Origin: an uncultured Candidatus Saccharibacteria bacterium
GTDB lineage: Bacteria > Patescibacteriota > Saccharimonadia > Saccharimonadales > 2-12-FULL-41-12
Direction: 5' to 3'
DNA length: 64,000 bases
Assembly: GCA_964615775.1 (NCBI GenBank)
Contig: CAZTQB010000002.1
Coordinates: 21,589 to 85,588, forward strand
Shown here: in pieces, positions 39,464-49,533 of the stretch
How positions within the stretch are numbered: position 1 is the stretch's first letter
Layout of the letters: every line of letters starts with the position of its first letter
Program-made: the position numbers and the translations under genes
The notes under the pieces: generated by a model
Told to the model about the DNA's origin: nothing
Seen by the model: only the letters and a program-made list of their open reading frames with translations
Databases searched by the model: none

Positions 39464-39892
39464 ATGAAGACTAATAAACACAGTCCACATAAACGAATTC
39501 TGGTTGACGTAGCCGGCTTTGGTCTAATTATTTTATCGCTGCTTATTGGCTGGCTACCTGGACCTGGCGGCATTCCGATTTTTCTAGCTGGACTCGGACT
39601 ATTATCTATAAACAATAAGTGGGCAAAGGATTTAATTGATTATATCGAAAAAAATCGTCAAAAATTTGAAGCCAAATATCTTACCAATGACCCTAAAGTT
39701 GCTCGAATAGTCGATATTTTGTGCATAATTTTAATTATTATCTCGATAATCGCTTTTACTCAAATAAACAACAAATACTTTCGCTATGCTTCGATTGGCC
39801 CAGGTGGTTTTGGGCTAATTTTGCTTATTCTTAACCAAAATCGACTTGATAATTTCTTTCATTACATCAAAAATAAACGTAAGCACAAATAA
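39464..39892 (+). CDS. PGPGW-domain membrane protein
   Basis: [22 protein letters not shown] matches the PGPGW transmembrane motif. 142 aa with 3-4 TM helices. Confidence 0.7.
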   Translation: MKTNKHSPHKRILVDVAGFGLIILSLLIGWLPGPGGIPIFLAGLGLLSINNKWAKDLIDYIEKNRQKFEAKYLTNDPKVARIVDILCIILIIISIIAFTQINNKYFRYASIGPGGFGLILLILNQNRLDNFFHYIKNKRKHK

Positions 39893-39965
39893 AATATACT
39901 TGCTTTTTTTACCATTTAGGTATATAATCCGCTTAAACTTAAACACGAATAAGTGGGAGCATAAA

Positions 39966-40148
39966 ATGTGGCAATACATTGTACTTGGACAGATACCTGG
40001 TACATCAATCTTCGTATCTTTCAACGACTGGCTTAGTTTAGTATTGTTTCTTGGTTGCTGTTACGCTTTGTTTAGAGTCTTAACCCCACAAAGAAAACTA
40101 AAAATACACCAAAGAAATCAAGCATTGATTGAGCAGATTTCGATATAG
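39966..40148 (+). CDS. hypothetical 60-aa membrane protein
   Basis: ATG at 39966 is preceded by GTGGGAG. It translates to MWQYIVLGQIPGTSIFVSFNDWLSLVLFLGCCYALFRVL... The longer track ORF (39846) overlaps the previous gene. Confidence 0.4.
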   Translation: MWQYIVLGQIPGTSIFVSFNDWLSLVLFLGCCYALFRVLTPQRKLKIHQRNQALIEQISI

Positions 40149-40149
40149 T

Positions 40150-41562
40150 TTAGCCTAGTTCTGCTAAACTCTGAGCGTACAAATTTAGTTCCTCTAAAAT
40201 ATAGGTTTTTTCTGGGCTTAATTTCTGATTGGCTAACTCATTTATTCTTGCGACAAACTTAGGGGCTTGTAAGGCAATCTTTTGATTTTTATAATTTTGC
40301 CAATTGACTTGCTCATCATCGCTTAAATATTTAGGAAAATTTCTAGCTTTATACAAAGGCCACAAATTTTTCAACCTTGCATCGGCAAAATTTTTATAAA
40401 AATCACTAGATTTAAGGGCTACGTCACTTCGAGCCTTAACGAATAAATCTTTGTCATAATTGGATATAAAACCGTCATAAAGTTGTGACTCAACATTTCT
40501 CTCATCGTTTAGAAATTCAGCTTGCTTAAGCTTAGTAGTTTGCTCAGCTGCTCTTCGATATTTTTCCAGTATCTCAGTTTTCGTAGATTCTAGTTTTTGA
40601 TAATTATCTTGAGCTAACTTTAGGTCAATATTTAGCCGAGTTTGGTCAGATTTAGTCAATGTATTTAGTGGGGCAATCGCAGGGCAACGGTTGGCTCGTA
40701 ATGTCTTTATAGGCAACGGCAAAATCTCATCGTCTCTCGACCATCGCATACGTTTTTTCATATCAGCCTCAGATAATTTTACAATTTCATTTGGATCTTG
40801 GCTCAAATCATAAACTAAAAATCCCTGATTTTCAGCTTCACCAATCACACTTACCAAGGCAAGTTTTTCGCTTTCGGTAGAATATCTACCGCTTACATAA
40901 ACAAAGATTGGATTTTCATCAACAAATTTCACCACATCTTTTTTTGCTCGCAAGCTTAGAAGATAATTAAACAGTTTTGGCTGTTGAGTCTTTATCATTT
41001 TTGCAACTGCGATGGTCGCATTAACGTCACTTAAAGCATCATGAGCAGCATTATGTTCAAGTTTATTTAGCGAACTAAGCAACTCCAAACGATTAGACGC
41101 TTTACCATCACTTGCAAATGGCCATTTTATGCCTTCAGGACGTAAAGCTCTGGTGATCCGCACCAAATCTAGAATGTCCCAGCGACTAGCACCTTCTTTC
41201 CACTGCCACTCGTAAGCATCATAAAAATTTCTGTACATGCCAAATCGCATAAATTCATCATCAAACCTTACAGAGTTAAAGCCTAAAAAAATAGTTTCTG
41301 GTGTAACAATCTCGTTATAGAAAGTTCTGAAGAATTCGGCCTCGCTAACACCATCTCGCAGTGTTTGCTGTGGAGTTATGCCTGTTAACAAAATTGCATC
41401 AGGCTCAGGCAGAACATCCTCACTTAATTTAATTAAAAAATTATAAGCCTTGCCGATTGGCTTCAAATTCATATCAGTTCGCTGGCCAGCAAACTGCATT
41501 ATCCGTGAACTATACGGGCTTATCCCACTTGTTTCTAGGTCATAAAAGAAAAAACTAGCCAT
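40150..41562 (-). CDS. sbcB: exodeoxyribonuclease I
   Basis: DEDDh exonuclease motifs (FFFYDLETSGISP, NSVRFDDEFMR, HNAAHDALSDV) followed by the SH3-like and helical C-terminal domains of ExoI. Confidence 0.9.
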   Translation of the reverse strand: MASFFFYDLETSGISPYSSRIMQFAGQRTDMNLKPIGKAYNFLIKLSEDVLPEPDAILLTGITPQQTLRDGVSEAEFFRTFYNEIVTPETIFLGFNSVRFDDEFMRFGMYRNFYDAYEWQWKEGASRWDILDLVRITRALRPEGIKWPFASDGKASNRLELLSSLNKLEHNAAHDALSDVNATIAVAKMIKTQQPKLFNYLLSLRAKKDVVKFVDENPIFVYVSGRYSTESEKLALVSVIGEAENQGFLVYDLSQDPNEIVKLSEADMKKRMRWSRDDEILPLPIKTLRANRCPAIAPLNTLTKSDQTRLNIDLKLAQDNYQKLESTKTEILEKYRRAAEQTTKLKQAEFLNDERNVESQLYDGFISNYDKDLFVKARSDVALKSSDFYKNFADARLKNLWPLYKARNFPKYLSDDEQVNWQNYKNQKIALQAPKFVARINELANQKLSPEKTYILEELNLYAQSLAELG

Positions 41563-41584
41563 ACATTAATATGCTTAGTATAAC

Positions 41585-42268
41585 TTAGTTAGTCTTAAAA
41601 TCCGCCTTTTTTACCAAGCGAAGACCAAAGCTACCTAACTGTCTATCCCGTTCCATTTGTCGGTATATATCATAAAGTGTTATATCTAAAACTCTTCTTC
41701 CTGCATTAAATTCTACCATTTCATCACTGGCAATAATTTCTAATTCTTCATCAGATACTTGTTCAACAAAAGCATCCTCGTTGGCACGCAAAACTTTTAT
41801 ATAATAATCTAAATCATTTTTCATAAGTGCTTGAAATAACGCTTCATACCCATCATCTTCCATGCCTGTAACAACTCTGGCCGACAAAATTTTTGAGACA
41901 CCATTATCCGGCGTAATGCTTTTCGCTTCGTCTGAAAGCTTATTGACTACAACTTCAAGCATAGCCATCTCATCAGCCTTCCTACCCCTATATAACCCCC
42001 TGTCTACTGACTCACCAATGCTGTCAGCCAAAACATCAAGTAGGTTTGCCTGTTTGGGTACAAACTCTTCAATAAGAAAGCTCGTAAAATTTTCGCCATG
42101 ATCTCTATCATGTTGTAGATAATGCTCGCTCCACCTCTTGAAGGCATCGATTGTTATCCCTGAAGGTATTTTTACTAAATCAACCCCTAAATTTTCAAAT
42201 GATTCTCTATATTGCATTGAGATTCCATGGTCACCTATCTCAAAATGCACCAGACTTATTTCTGACAT
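41585..42268 (-). CDS. hypothetical acidic cytoplasmic protein
   Basis: 227 aa. No recognisable motif, TM helix or signal peptide. Confidence 0.55.
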   Translation of the reverse strand: MSEISLVHFEIGDHGISMQYRESFENLGVDLVKIPSGITIDAFKRWSEHYLQHDRDHGENFTSFLIEEFVPKQANLLDVLADSIGESVDRGLYRGRKADEMAMLEVVVNKLSDEAKSITPDNGVSKILSARVVTGMEDDGYEALFQALMKNDLDYYIKVLRANEDAFVEQVSDEELEIIASDEMVEFNAGRRVLDITLYDIYRQMERDRQLGSFGLRLVKKADFKTN

Positions 42269-42305
42269 AATAATATTATATCAGATATATAGATATTTTA
42301 CAAGT

Positions 42306-43595
42306 TTAGTATTCTATTGGACCGTAGTCTGAGTTTTTGCCAAAAAAGATTTGGTCATTGGCTTGTACACTTTGACGTTCTAGTTCGTGCATTATACCCA
42401 TTTTTCGCATAATATCACGGATTCTATCGACACCAGCAAAATTATCAAAATCTGTTTGTGATGCAAAACGTTCAATTTTTTGGCCAGTAATAACAAACCC
42501 CTGTTTGGTCTTTATAACTTCCCACCTATCAACCGACTTACTACCAAGATTTATTACCAGTAAGCCGTCTTCAACTTCTTCTGTAACCTGATGCTGGCTA
42601 TCGTACTTTTTAACTTGCTCATCTATCGTATAGATAAGCTCTTTCAATCCTTTGCCACTTAATGAAGAAATCTCGTAAATCGGCGTTTTTTTACTTTTCA
42701 AAACTTTAGTTAGCTCTGATTTTTGCATTTCAACCACTGCTTGATCTTGCCCATCAATCTTTGAAATAACAATAATTTCTGGTTTTTTAGATAAATCAAC
42801 CTTATAAGCCTTAAGCTCATCTCTAATTATTTTATAATCCGCTCCAATATCTTCCGAGTAAGCATCAATCAAATGTACCAAAACTTTTGTTCTCTCCACA
42901 TGACGCAAAAAATCATCACCCAAGCCCTTGCCCTTTGAAGCACCCTCAATCAATCCTGGTATATCAGCAAACAGCAAAGATCTATCTTCAGACACCTTCA
43001 CAACACCAAGGTTCGGGCGAAGAGTTGTAAATGGATAATTAGCAATTTCTGGGCTTGCATTACTGACTTTAGACAAAAGTGTTGACTTGCCAGCGTTAGG
43101 CAGACCTATTAGCCCAACTTCGGCAATCATTTTCATCTCTAGTGTTACTTCTAGCTCCTCACCAGGCTGGCCTTTTTCGGCAACCCTTGGTGTTTGTCGC
43201 CGACTAGATTTGAAGTGAGCATTACCAAAGCCACCACGACCGCCACTCGCTACTACTACTTCTTGACCTTCACTTAAGATATCGCCAACCGGTATATTTG
43301 CCTCAGAATAAATCACCGTCCCAACTGGCACAAACACCTGTAGATCATTAGCCGACTTACCATGTTTTTTGCGTTTCGAGCCTGGTGAACCGGCCTCAGC
43401 TATTAATTCTTTTTGATAGCGAAATTGAGACAAAGTATTTTGACGATTGCTACCAACAAACACTACATCACCGCCGCGACCACCATCGCCACCATCTGGA
43501 CCACCTTTATCTATAAATTTCTCATGCCTAAAACTAACTGCACCATTGCCACCATCGCCAGCTTTAACAAACACTCTTACTTTATCTACAAACAT
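42306..43595 (-). CDS. obg: GTPase Obg/CgtA
   Basis: Gly-rich Obg fold (GGNGAVSFRHEKF, GGPDGGDGGRGGDV), G-domain motifs GLPNAGKST and DIPGLIEGA, and a C-terminal OCT-like domain. Confidence 0.96.
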   Translation of the reverse strand: MFVDKVRVFVKAGDGGNGAVSFRHEKFIDKGGPDGGDGGRGGDVVFVGSNRQNTLSQFRYQKELIAEAGSPGSKRKKHGKSANDLQVFVPVGTVIYSEANIPVGDILSEGQEVVVASGGRGGFGNAHFKSSRRQTPRVAEKGQPGEELEVTLEMKMIAEVGLIGLPNAGKSTLLSKVSNASPEIANYPFTTLRPNLGVVKVSEDRSLLFADIPGLIEGASKGKGLGDDFLRHVERTKVLVHLIDAYSEDIGADYKIIRDELKAYKVDLSKKPEIIVISKIDGQDQAVVEMQKSELTKVLKSKKTPIYEISSLSGKGLKELIYTIDEQVKKYDSQHQVTEEVEDGLLVINLGSKSVDRWEVIKTKQGFVITGQKIERFASQTDFDNFAGVDRIRDIMRKMGIMHELERQSVQANDQIFFGKNSDYGPIEY

Positions 43596-43634
43596 TACCT
43601 GTCTATTATAAATAAAAAACCTTATTTACCTAAA

Positions 43635-44693
43635 TTAGTAGATAAACATGTAGTTACCAAACTCACCAGGAGTAATTGTGCGATAAGTAACTCTACCCCA
43701 AACTGGGTAGTTCATATCTGATACCAAGAAAGAACCGTCGCCGTTATCTTTCTCTACAAAAGCCACATGTCCAAGTCCACCAATATTTTTGTGCCACAAA
43801 ACAGCCCCTTCTTGAGGCGTACTACCAGTTGCTAGCCCAGCAGCTCGAGAAAGGCTAAGCCAAGTGTTGGCATTACCTAAGTTACTTGGAACTGGTCGTC
43901 CAATTTCTTTACGACGATTAGCGGCATGCCATGTACACCAGCCATAGTCATAGCCATTGCTGCCATACACAGGTGCCGAACCAAAGGCAAACCGCGATGC
44001 ATAGCTAGCAACCGGACCTTCACGATAACCTCTTGTTGCTACTGGCTCAGATGGAGCCACACCATCTGGTACAACAATCCGCTCACCAGCTAAAAAGCTA
44101 CCACTAACCTCAGCGTCATTAAAAACGATTAAATTATCCTTATTAGCATTATACTTGCTTGCGATTGACTGTGGCGTATCACCAGCCTTAACGGTATAAA
44201 CCAATCCATTAACTGGACTGATGGTTAATTTCTTACCAGGCTCGATAGCATCACCACGAATATCATTAGATAAACGTACAGTGTCGGCCGAAATACCAAA
44301 TTTAGCAGCAATACTGGTGATTGTGTCACCTTCGACAGCTGTATAATCTTTAATATCTTTCTTTGACTTAAGTCCAGCACCAACAATCTGTGGCTTGGTC
44401 ACCACTGCCTTATCAACACTAGCCACAGCTAACTGGGCATTAGCAGAATCGGCGTTATTTATAACTGCAACCGACTCAGGCATACCAGTTATTCGAGCAA
44501 TATTAACTGCTACATCAGCCGATGAAACTTTATCAATTGGTTTTTGAAGTCTTGAGTCAGTGTCAATGGCAGTAGATTGCACATTAACTTCCTGAAACTG
44601 CCTTGCTGAAAAAACTTTAGACGACGAAGATGACCTAGAATTCATCGCAATAAAAGTTACGCCAGCAATTAGAAACAAATTAAAACATACCAT
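43635..44693 (-). CDS. peptidoglycan hydrolase with two LysM domains and a C-terminal CHAP domain
   Basis: LysM repeats (YTAVEGDTITSIAAKFGISADTVRLSN, YTVKAGDTPQSIASKYNANKDNLIVFN). CHAP Cys/His motifs (GWCTWHAANRR ... GLGHVAFVE). The frame is open upstream to an ATT at 44819 that has a good SD (see findings). Confidence 0.88.
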   Translation of the reverse strand: MVCFNLFLIAGVTFIAMNSRSSSSSKVFSARQFQEVNVQSTAIDTDSRLQKPIDKVSSADVAVNIARITGMPESVAVINNADSANAQLAVASVDKAVVTKPQIVGAGLKSKKDIKDYTAVEGDTITSIAAKFGISADTVRLSNDIRGDAIEPGKKLTISPVNGLVYTVKAGDTPQSIASKYNANKDNLIVFNDAEVSGSFLAGERIVVPDGVAPSEPVATRGYREGPVASYASRFAFGSAPVYGSNGYDYGWCTWHAANRRKEIGRPVPSNLGNANTWLSLSRAAGLATGSTPQEGAVLWHKNIGGLGHVAFVEKDNGDGSFLVSDMNYPVWGRVTYRTITPGEFGNYMFIY

Positions 44694-45072
44694 CCCCCAT
44701 CTAACGATGCGTTTTTTAGTACGTTTATTTAACTTTAAGTTTGGTCCAAATGACCTATTTTTATTTGGTCTACCACTGTTATTACGAAGTGGACGAACAA
44801 TTAAACTTGATTTACTAATAAAGTTCTCCTCGACACTTGACTACTAATGCAGAAACGTCTAAGACCTTAAAATAAGCGAGTTTAGTTATATATCTAAAGC
44901 TAAAAAGTGTGAAGCTTCGTTTAATTAATAAAAATGCACTTACAAAGGACAGTATCTTTTATGATGAAATATTACCATTTACAGATACTGTACCTACTAT
45001 TGTATCAAAAATCATCAAATAATTCAAGTATTTTTGCTTATGTTTTTAGATAGTCTAACCTGTTATAAGTAG

Positions 45073-46086
45073 TTAATTACACTGTTTTGTGCAGTATTTT
45101 TTAACATTTGCCTCGTGATCTTCTAAGGTTTTAGAAAAATGAGTGTGTTTATCGTCACCAGAGACAAAATAAGTCCAGTCGGTATTTGCCGGGTAGGCTA
45201 CAGCTTCGATAGCACTTTTAGTAAAATTACTGATTGGTCCCGGCGGCAAACCAGTAATTTTATATGTGTCATAGGCTGGATTTTTCTTGGCATATTCATC
45301 GGTAGCATTTGATTCTAGCTTCATGCCCTCTTTTAGACGCTTTAAGAAAACTTGAGCAACAATTGGCCGATCTTCATCTGATGGCACCTCATTTTCTATT
45401 ATCGACGCTAGAGTTACAGCTTGATGCAAGCTAAGACCTTGCTTAGTTATGGCTTGACGAATATCTGGCGAAAGAACTTTATGAGTCTCGTCTAAAGATA
45501 AAGTGATAATATTCTCCAACTTAGTTTCAGCTGTTTTTTGGAAAGATTCCGGGTATAAATAGCCCTCAAGATTAGCATTTGATGGTTTGTCGGTTAATGC
45601 TGGATGGTCTTGGTAAAGATCTGGCTTTAAAGCAGCATCCACCTGAGATTTACTAAAGCCGGCTTCTTCAAACTTTTTGGCAATTTGTTCTAGATCCTTG
45701 CCTGGCAAAATTGTTATCAGATCAGTTGCTACTTTGCCACTAGATATCAATTTAACTATGTCTTGAACTGATTGATTTTCGTTTATAGTATAGGTCCCAG
45801 CTTTAAGTTGATCGCGAGCTTGAGCTTGTCTTACGTACCACTCAAATGCCCAATTACTCCTTATAACACCTTTTTCAGCTAATTTATCGGCAATTTGCGA
45901 TGGCGTAGAGCCAGGTTCAATAGTGACATAGTGAGTTTTACTATTCTGGCTAACCGGAAGTAGGTTATTAACATACGATTTTCGTACAAAAAATGCCACA
46001 CCACCTACAGTTAATAGTACAAAAATTAATGTCCCTAGGACTAAATATGATGATAGTTTACTATACTTTTTGCTCGTTCGTTTCAA
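45073..46086 (-). CDS. mltG: endolytic murein transglycosylase MltG (YceG family)
   Basis: N-terminal TM anchor and YceG core (LEGYLYPESF, ASIIENE, VFLKRLKEGMKLES, YDTYKITGLPPGPISN). Confidence 0.92.
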   Translation of the reverse strand: MKRTSKKYSKLSSYLVLGTLIFVLLTVGGVAFFVRKSYVNNLLPVSQNSKTHYVTIEPGSTPSQIADKLAEKGVIRSNWAFEWYVRQAQARDQLKAGTYTINENQSVQDIVKLISSGKVATDLITILPGKDLEQIAKKFEEAGFSKSQVDAALKPDLYQDHPALTDKPSNANLEGYLYPESFQKTAETKLENIITLSLDETHKVLSPDIRQAITKQGLSLHQAVTLASIIENEVPSDEDRPIVAQVFLKRLKEGMKLESNATDEYAKKNPAYDTYKITGLPPGPISNFTKSAIEAVAYPANTDWTYFVSGDDKHTHFSKTLEDHEANVKKYCTKQCN

Positions 46087-46106
46087 GATCTTCTCTCCTT
46101 ACTCTT

Positions 46107-46520
46107 TCATTTTAACAAATACTCATTCAATATGAAGCAAGCAGCAACCGAATCTTGACTAACCGATGTTAGTTTATTTGCCTTTATATATTCGTCAGCT
46201 CTCTTTGAACTAAATGACTCATCGGCAAACTCTATCGGTAAATCAATCTTAGATTTTAGCGTGCTGGCAAAATGCCTAATTTCGGCTGATTGACTAGTCT
46301 CATCACCGTTAAGGTTTCTTGGTACACCAACTACAATTACTCCGATATTTTCTTGGCTAGTTAACTTATAAATTTTGTCAAAAACTTGCTCATCATTAAC
46401 TAGATACTCTAGTGGTTCTGGCAGCCGAGCGACTGCATTTGCCCTTGCTACGCCAATTCGTTTTTGACCAACATCAAGAGCTAAATAGGCTTTTTCAGCG
46501 GTTAATTTATGCGTCATCAT
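46107..46520 (-). CDS. ruvX: Holliday-junction resolvase-like nuclease RuvX (YqgF)
   Basis: LALDVGQKRIGVA ... VVGVPRNLNGDETSQS are YqgF motifs. The start is taken at MMTHK (46520), just after the upstream gene's stop. The track ORF extends to 46613. Confidence 0.88.
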   Translation of the reverse strand: MMTHKLTAEKAYLALDVGQKRIGVARANAVARLPEPLEYLVNDEQVFDKIYKLTSQENIGVIVVGVPRNLNGDETSQSAEIRHFASTLKSKIDLPIEFADESFSSKRADEYIKANKLTSVSQDSVAACFILNEYLLK

Positions 46521-46527
46521 TTTATGA

Positions 46528-48189
46528 TTATGACCCTTCAAACATAACTGTAATCTTCTTTTGATCTTTTGGTACAGTAAAGTTCCAAAATGGTTCGGTA
46601 TCAATACGGACATCTTTGATACTCGGACGACTACGTATAGCTTGCTCGGCCTTACCTCTCTTTTGACCGGCTACCAATTTCTTAATCTCATCTTGATTGA
46701 TATCTGGTCCAGCGACAACTGTTGTTTTCAGTTTTACTTCTGTCCTACTGCCATTTCGATTACCTATATTATAAGTTGCTTTAGCCAATCCATCATCTAA
46801 AATTACTAACTTAGAAGTATCAATTCCCGCTTCACTAACAGCTTTATTACTAATTAGTTTGTGGAGTTCGTCGTTTTTCATACCAATCATAGTGTAAGTA
46901 ATTGTTTGACTAACACTCACCTCAGCTGCTTCGGTATCGATACCGGGTGAAGGTTCAGCTGGTGAAGCAGTTGTCTCGATTGACTCCAGTACCGGTATGT
47001 AACCAGCAGCTATCAGCATTGCCTTCAACTCCTCACTACTAGCAGCCTTTTTGTCACCAACTTTAGACTTAGCAGTCTGAATATCGTTAGCCGTAACTAC
47101 TTTAACGATCTGATTAGTGCCACCACTCATAGCTGAACCACTAGCACTAATACCAGGGCTACCAGCTACTGTATAGTTAGCCTTATCGATGTTATACTGT
47201 TCGCCTGATTTTTGAGCAATAACGCTTACATCACTAGTAGCAGACTTACAAGTACCACCACCCGAAAACTGACTAGGGTCGAGTGTCACATTTTCTTGAG
47301 TTATGTAAGTTAGGTTACTCGAGCTAACTCCAGTACCAGCTGGCAGAGTAATGCTATTATCGCTTTTTGTACAATTACGTAAGGTTACTTTGCCTGATGC
47401 TTTGTTACCCTTATTGACCTCTCCGGTTGTTGGAACTTTTACAACCTCTGTTTTTTTAGTTTCTTTCTGGGTAGCTGGCACTACTTTATTTTTCTCGTCT
47501 AAAGCTGTAGCACTAGTATCAGCTATCACTACGGTATCGATACTTTTGACTTGAGTATCGCCTTTGATAGTTATTTTTGCCTTAGGAGCAATTGCAATAG
47601 CCCAATAGCCAAACCCAGCCAGCAATATTAGTGCCAAAATACCAAAAATTAGGCCTTTTCGAAAGCGATTAAAATTGGGGACCTTTATGTTAGACTTAGC
47701 CGACTTTACTTTGGGTGACTTAGCAGCCACAGGTGCAGATTCAGCTGGTGCTTCGGCTGGTTTATTTGCTTGTTTTTGGACTTTAGAGTTATTTCTAGAT
47801 TTATTAGTCACTTCATTTTTAGCCTGGTCATCGGCTAATGATTCAATAACCCTCTCATTATCAACCTGTATGGCTTCTTCGTTGACTGAATCAAGATCAT
47901 TAGTCGCCACAACCTCTGGTATATAAGGTTTGGACTTTAGGTCTTTAGCTACATACATACCGCTAACCCCGGCAATAGACATAACATTAGGATTAGAAGT
48001 TATCAGAACTGGCTTTTTAGAAGCAGCTTCAGCGGCTCGCTTAAGTAGTTTGAGGTTAACTAAAGATTGAAAAACTGGAGCGTTTTTAGGCAAAACTAAA
48101 GCAATAATACTCTCGTTGCTAGAGCGAACTTTGTCGATAATTCCAGTTATTTCTTCATCAATATCAATATAAAGTGTTTTTGGCTTCAT
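46528..48189 (-). CDS. hypothetical bitopic membrane protein, translationally coupled to ftsA
   Basis: 553 aa with a cytoplasmic N-domain, a low-complexity linker, one TM helix (LIFGILALILLAGFGYWAIAIA) and a beta-rich extracytoplasmic region. Its start overlaps the ftsA stop by 4 nt. Confidence 0.65.
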   Translation of the reverse strand: MKPKTLYIDIDEEITGIIDKVRSSNESIIALVLPKNAPVFQSLVNLKLLKRAAEAASKKPVLITSNPNVMSIAGVSGMYVAKDLKSKPYIPEVVATNDLDSVNEEAIQVDNERVIESLADDQAKNEVTNKSRNNSKVQKQANKPAEAPAESAPVAAKSPKVKSAKSNIKVPNFNRFRKGLIFGILALILLAGFGYWAIAIAPKAKITIKGDTQVKSIDTVVIADTSATALDEKNKVVPATQKETKKTEVVKVPTTGEVNKGNKASGKVTLRNCTKSDNSITLPAGTGVSSSNLTYITQENVTLDPSQFSGGGTCKSATSDVSVIAQKSGEQYNIDKANYTVAGSPGISASGSAMSGGTNQIVKVVTANDIQTAKSKVGDKKAASSEELKAMLIAAGYIPVLESIETTASPAEPSPGIDTEAAEVSVSQTITYTMIGMKNDELHKLISNKAVSEAGIDTSKLVILDDGLAKATYNIGNRNGSRTEVKLKTTVVAGPDINQDEIKKLVAGQKRGKAEQAIRSRPSIKDVRIDTEPFWNFTVPKDQKKITVMFEGS

Positions 48190-49484
48190 ACTCGTAGTAG
48201 TTTATCAAATTTATCCTTAATATTTACATTGCCACTTGGCTCAGAATCCTGTGTGACTGTATCAAGACCAACCCTTAGCAGTCCCATAGCCGTCACAAAG
48301 GCATGATCAAGTAGCTCATTACCAGTTTGGTCATTGATGCCAGACACTTGTTCGGGTGTAATATAAGAAATCACTGGTTTTTTAGTAAAAGCTACATCAT
48401 TATACCAGTTTGTTTCCTCTAGTGTATGCTTAATATTTTCTAAGCTAGAACCGCCGCCGCAAAGCAAGATCCGGTTCGGAATGTTGTCGAGATTGGTAAA
48501 TTCACTTAGAGCCAGCTCAACACCAGACACCCAAACGTCACAAGTTTTGTCTAGGGCTTCTTGAACCTCTGATGATTCAATCGAAACCTTGCCCTCTCCT
48601 AGCTTAGTAGCTTCCGCTTCATCGAAGCTAACTCCCAGCTCCTTTTCAATTGACTTAGTGTAAGCTCGACCTCCTATGCCAAACATCTTAGTTCCTTGCA
48701 CACCACCATCGTTAATCACCGCGATATCAGTCGTACCACCACCTACGTCCATTAAAACCGCACTCATAGTTGCATTAGGGTCATCGCCAATTACAGAGCG
48801 AGCTACCGCAAACGGTTCAGCAGCTACAGCCAATAAATCAAGATCAAGCTCTTTAGCAACCCTTTCGAGTGCCGCAATGTGTATCAATGGAGCAAAAGCC
48901 GTATATAGCTGCACCAACACGTCTCTACCTTTAAATCCAATCGGATTAGTAACTTTATAGCCATCTATCGTGATTCCAACCAAGGCACTATTAACTAACC
49001 TGACCTGAGGTGCCTTGCCACCAAGCTCAATGCTCAAATTTTTGCGGGCAATTTCACCAGCTCGTTCTTGAACTAAGCTAACTATATATTCCATTTCTTC
49101 TACATCTATATCTTTTTCAGGATTTTTACGAGTACATCGCACTGTTGAAGTAGTACCCTTCACTAACTCCCCAGCAATACCAATCACCGCCGTACGAACA
49201 CTCACATTAGCTTGTTGCTCAGCCTGCGACAAGGCATCAGCACAATTTGCTACCACTGCTCCAATATCGGCAATTGCCCCAGCTTGCATATCTGATAATT
49301 CTTGGTGCTTGCGACCAAGACCAATAATCTCCAGGTTATCACCGTTTACTTTAGCGATTAAAGTCTTTACGTATTCTGTGCCGATGTCTAATCCAACTAT
49401 ATATCTATCGGTATTAACAGATTGACGCAAATTATTGGTTTTGGCCAGTAAACTACTACTAGCATTCTTTATTTTACTAAGCAT
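48186..49484 (-). CDS. ftsA: actin-like ATPase, cell-division protein FtsA-like
   Basis: Phosphate-1 motif VGLDIGTEYVK, phosphate-2/adenosine motifs DVGGGTTDIAV and LCGGGSSL, and an inserted 1C-like (SHS2) segment. Confidence 0.7.
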   Translation of the reverse strand: MLSKIKNASSSLLAKTNNLRQSVNTDRYIVGLDIGTEYVKTLIAKVNGDNLEIIGLGRKHQELSDMQAGAIADIGAVVANCADALSQAEQQANVSVRTAVIGIAGELVKGTTSTVRCTRKNPEKDIDVEEMEYIVSLVQERAGEIARKNLSIELGGKAPQVRLVNSALVGITIDGYKVTNPIGFKGRDVLVQLYTAFAPLIHIAALERVAKELDLDLLAVAAEPFAVARSVIGDDPNATMSAVLMDVGGGTTDIAVINDGGVQGTKMFGIGGRAYTKSIEKELGVSFDEAEATKLGEGKVSIESSEVQEALDKTCDVWVSGVELALSEFTNLDNIPNRILLCGGGSSLENIKHTLEETNWYNDVAFTKKPVISYITPEQVSGINDQTGNELLDHAFVTAMGLLRVGLDTVTQDSEPSGNVNIKDKFDKLLRV

Positions 49485-49533
49485 AAGTAGTTATTATTAT
49501 AACACGCCAAATTATACACATGCTTTATAGTGT

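Noticed and set aside
39815-40024. 69-aa minus-strand ORF and the long form (39846) of the plus-strand ORF
   Set aside because: They overlap the end of the PGPGW gene and each other. Only the 60-aa plus-strand version starting at 39966 has an SD-like element.
44831-45072. Long 5' leader upstream of the LysM/CHAP hydrolase as a c-di-AMP (ydaO-type) riboswitch, which often precedes wall hydrolase genes
   Set aside because: The region is very AT-rich and lacks the conserved ACGGGG/CCCGA-type elements of that motif. Only one generic hairpin (ACAGTATCT/AGATACTGT) is present.
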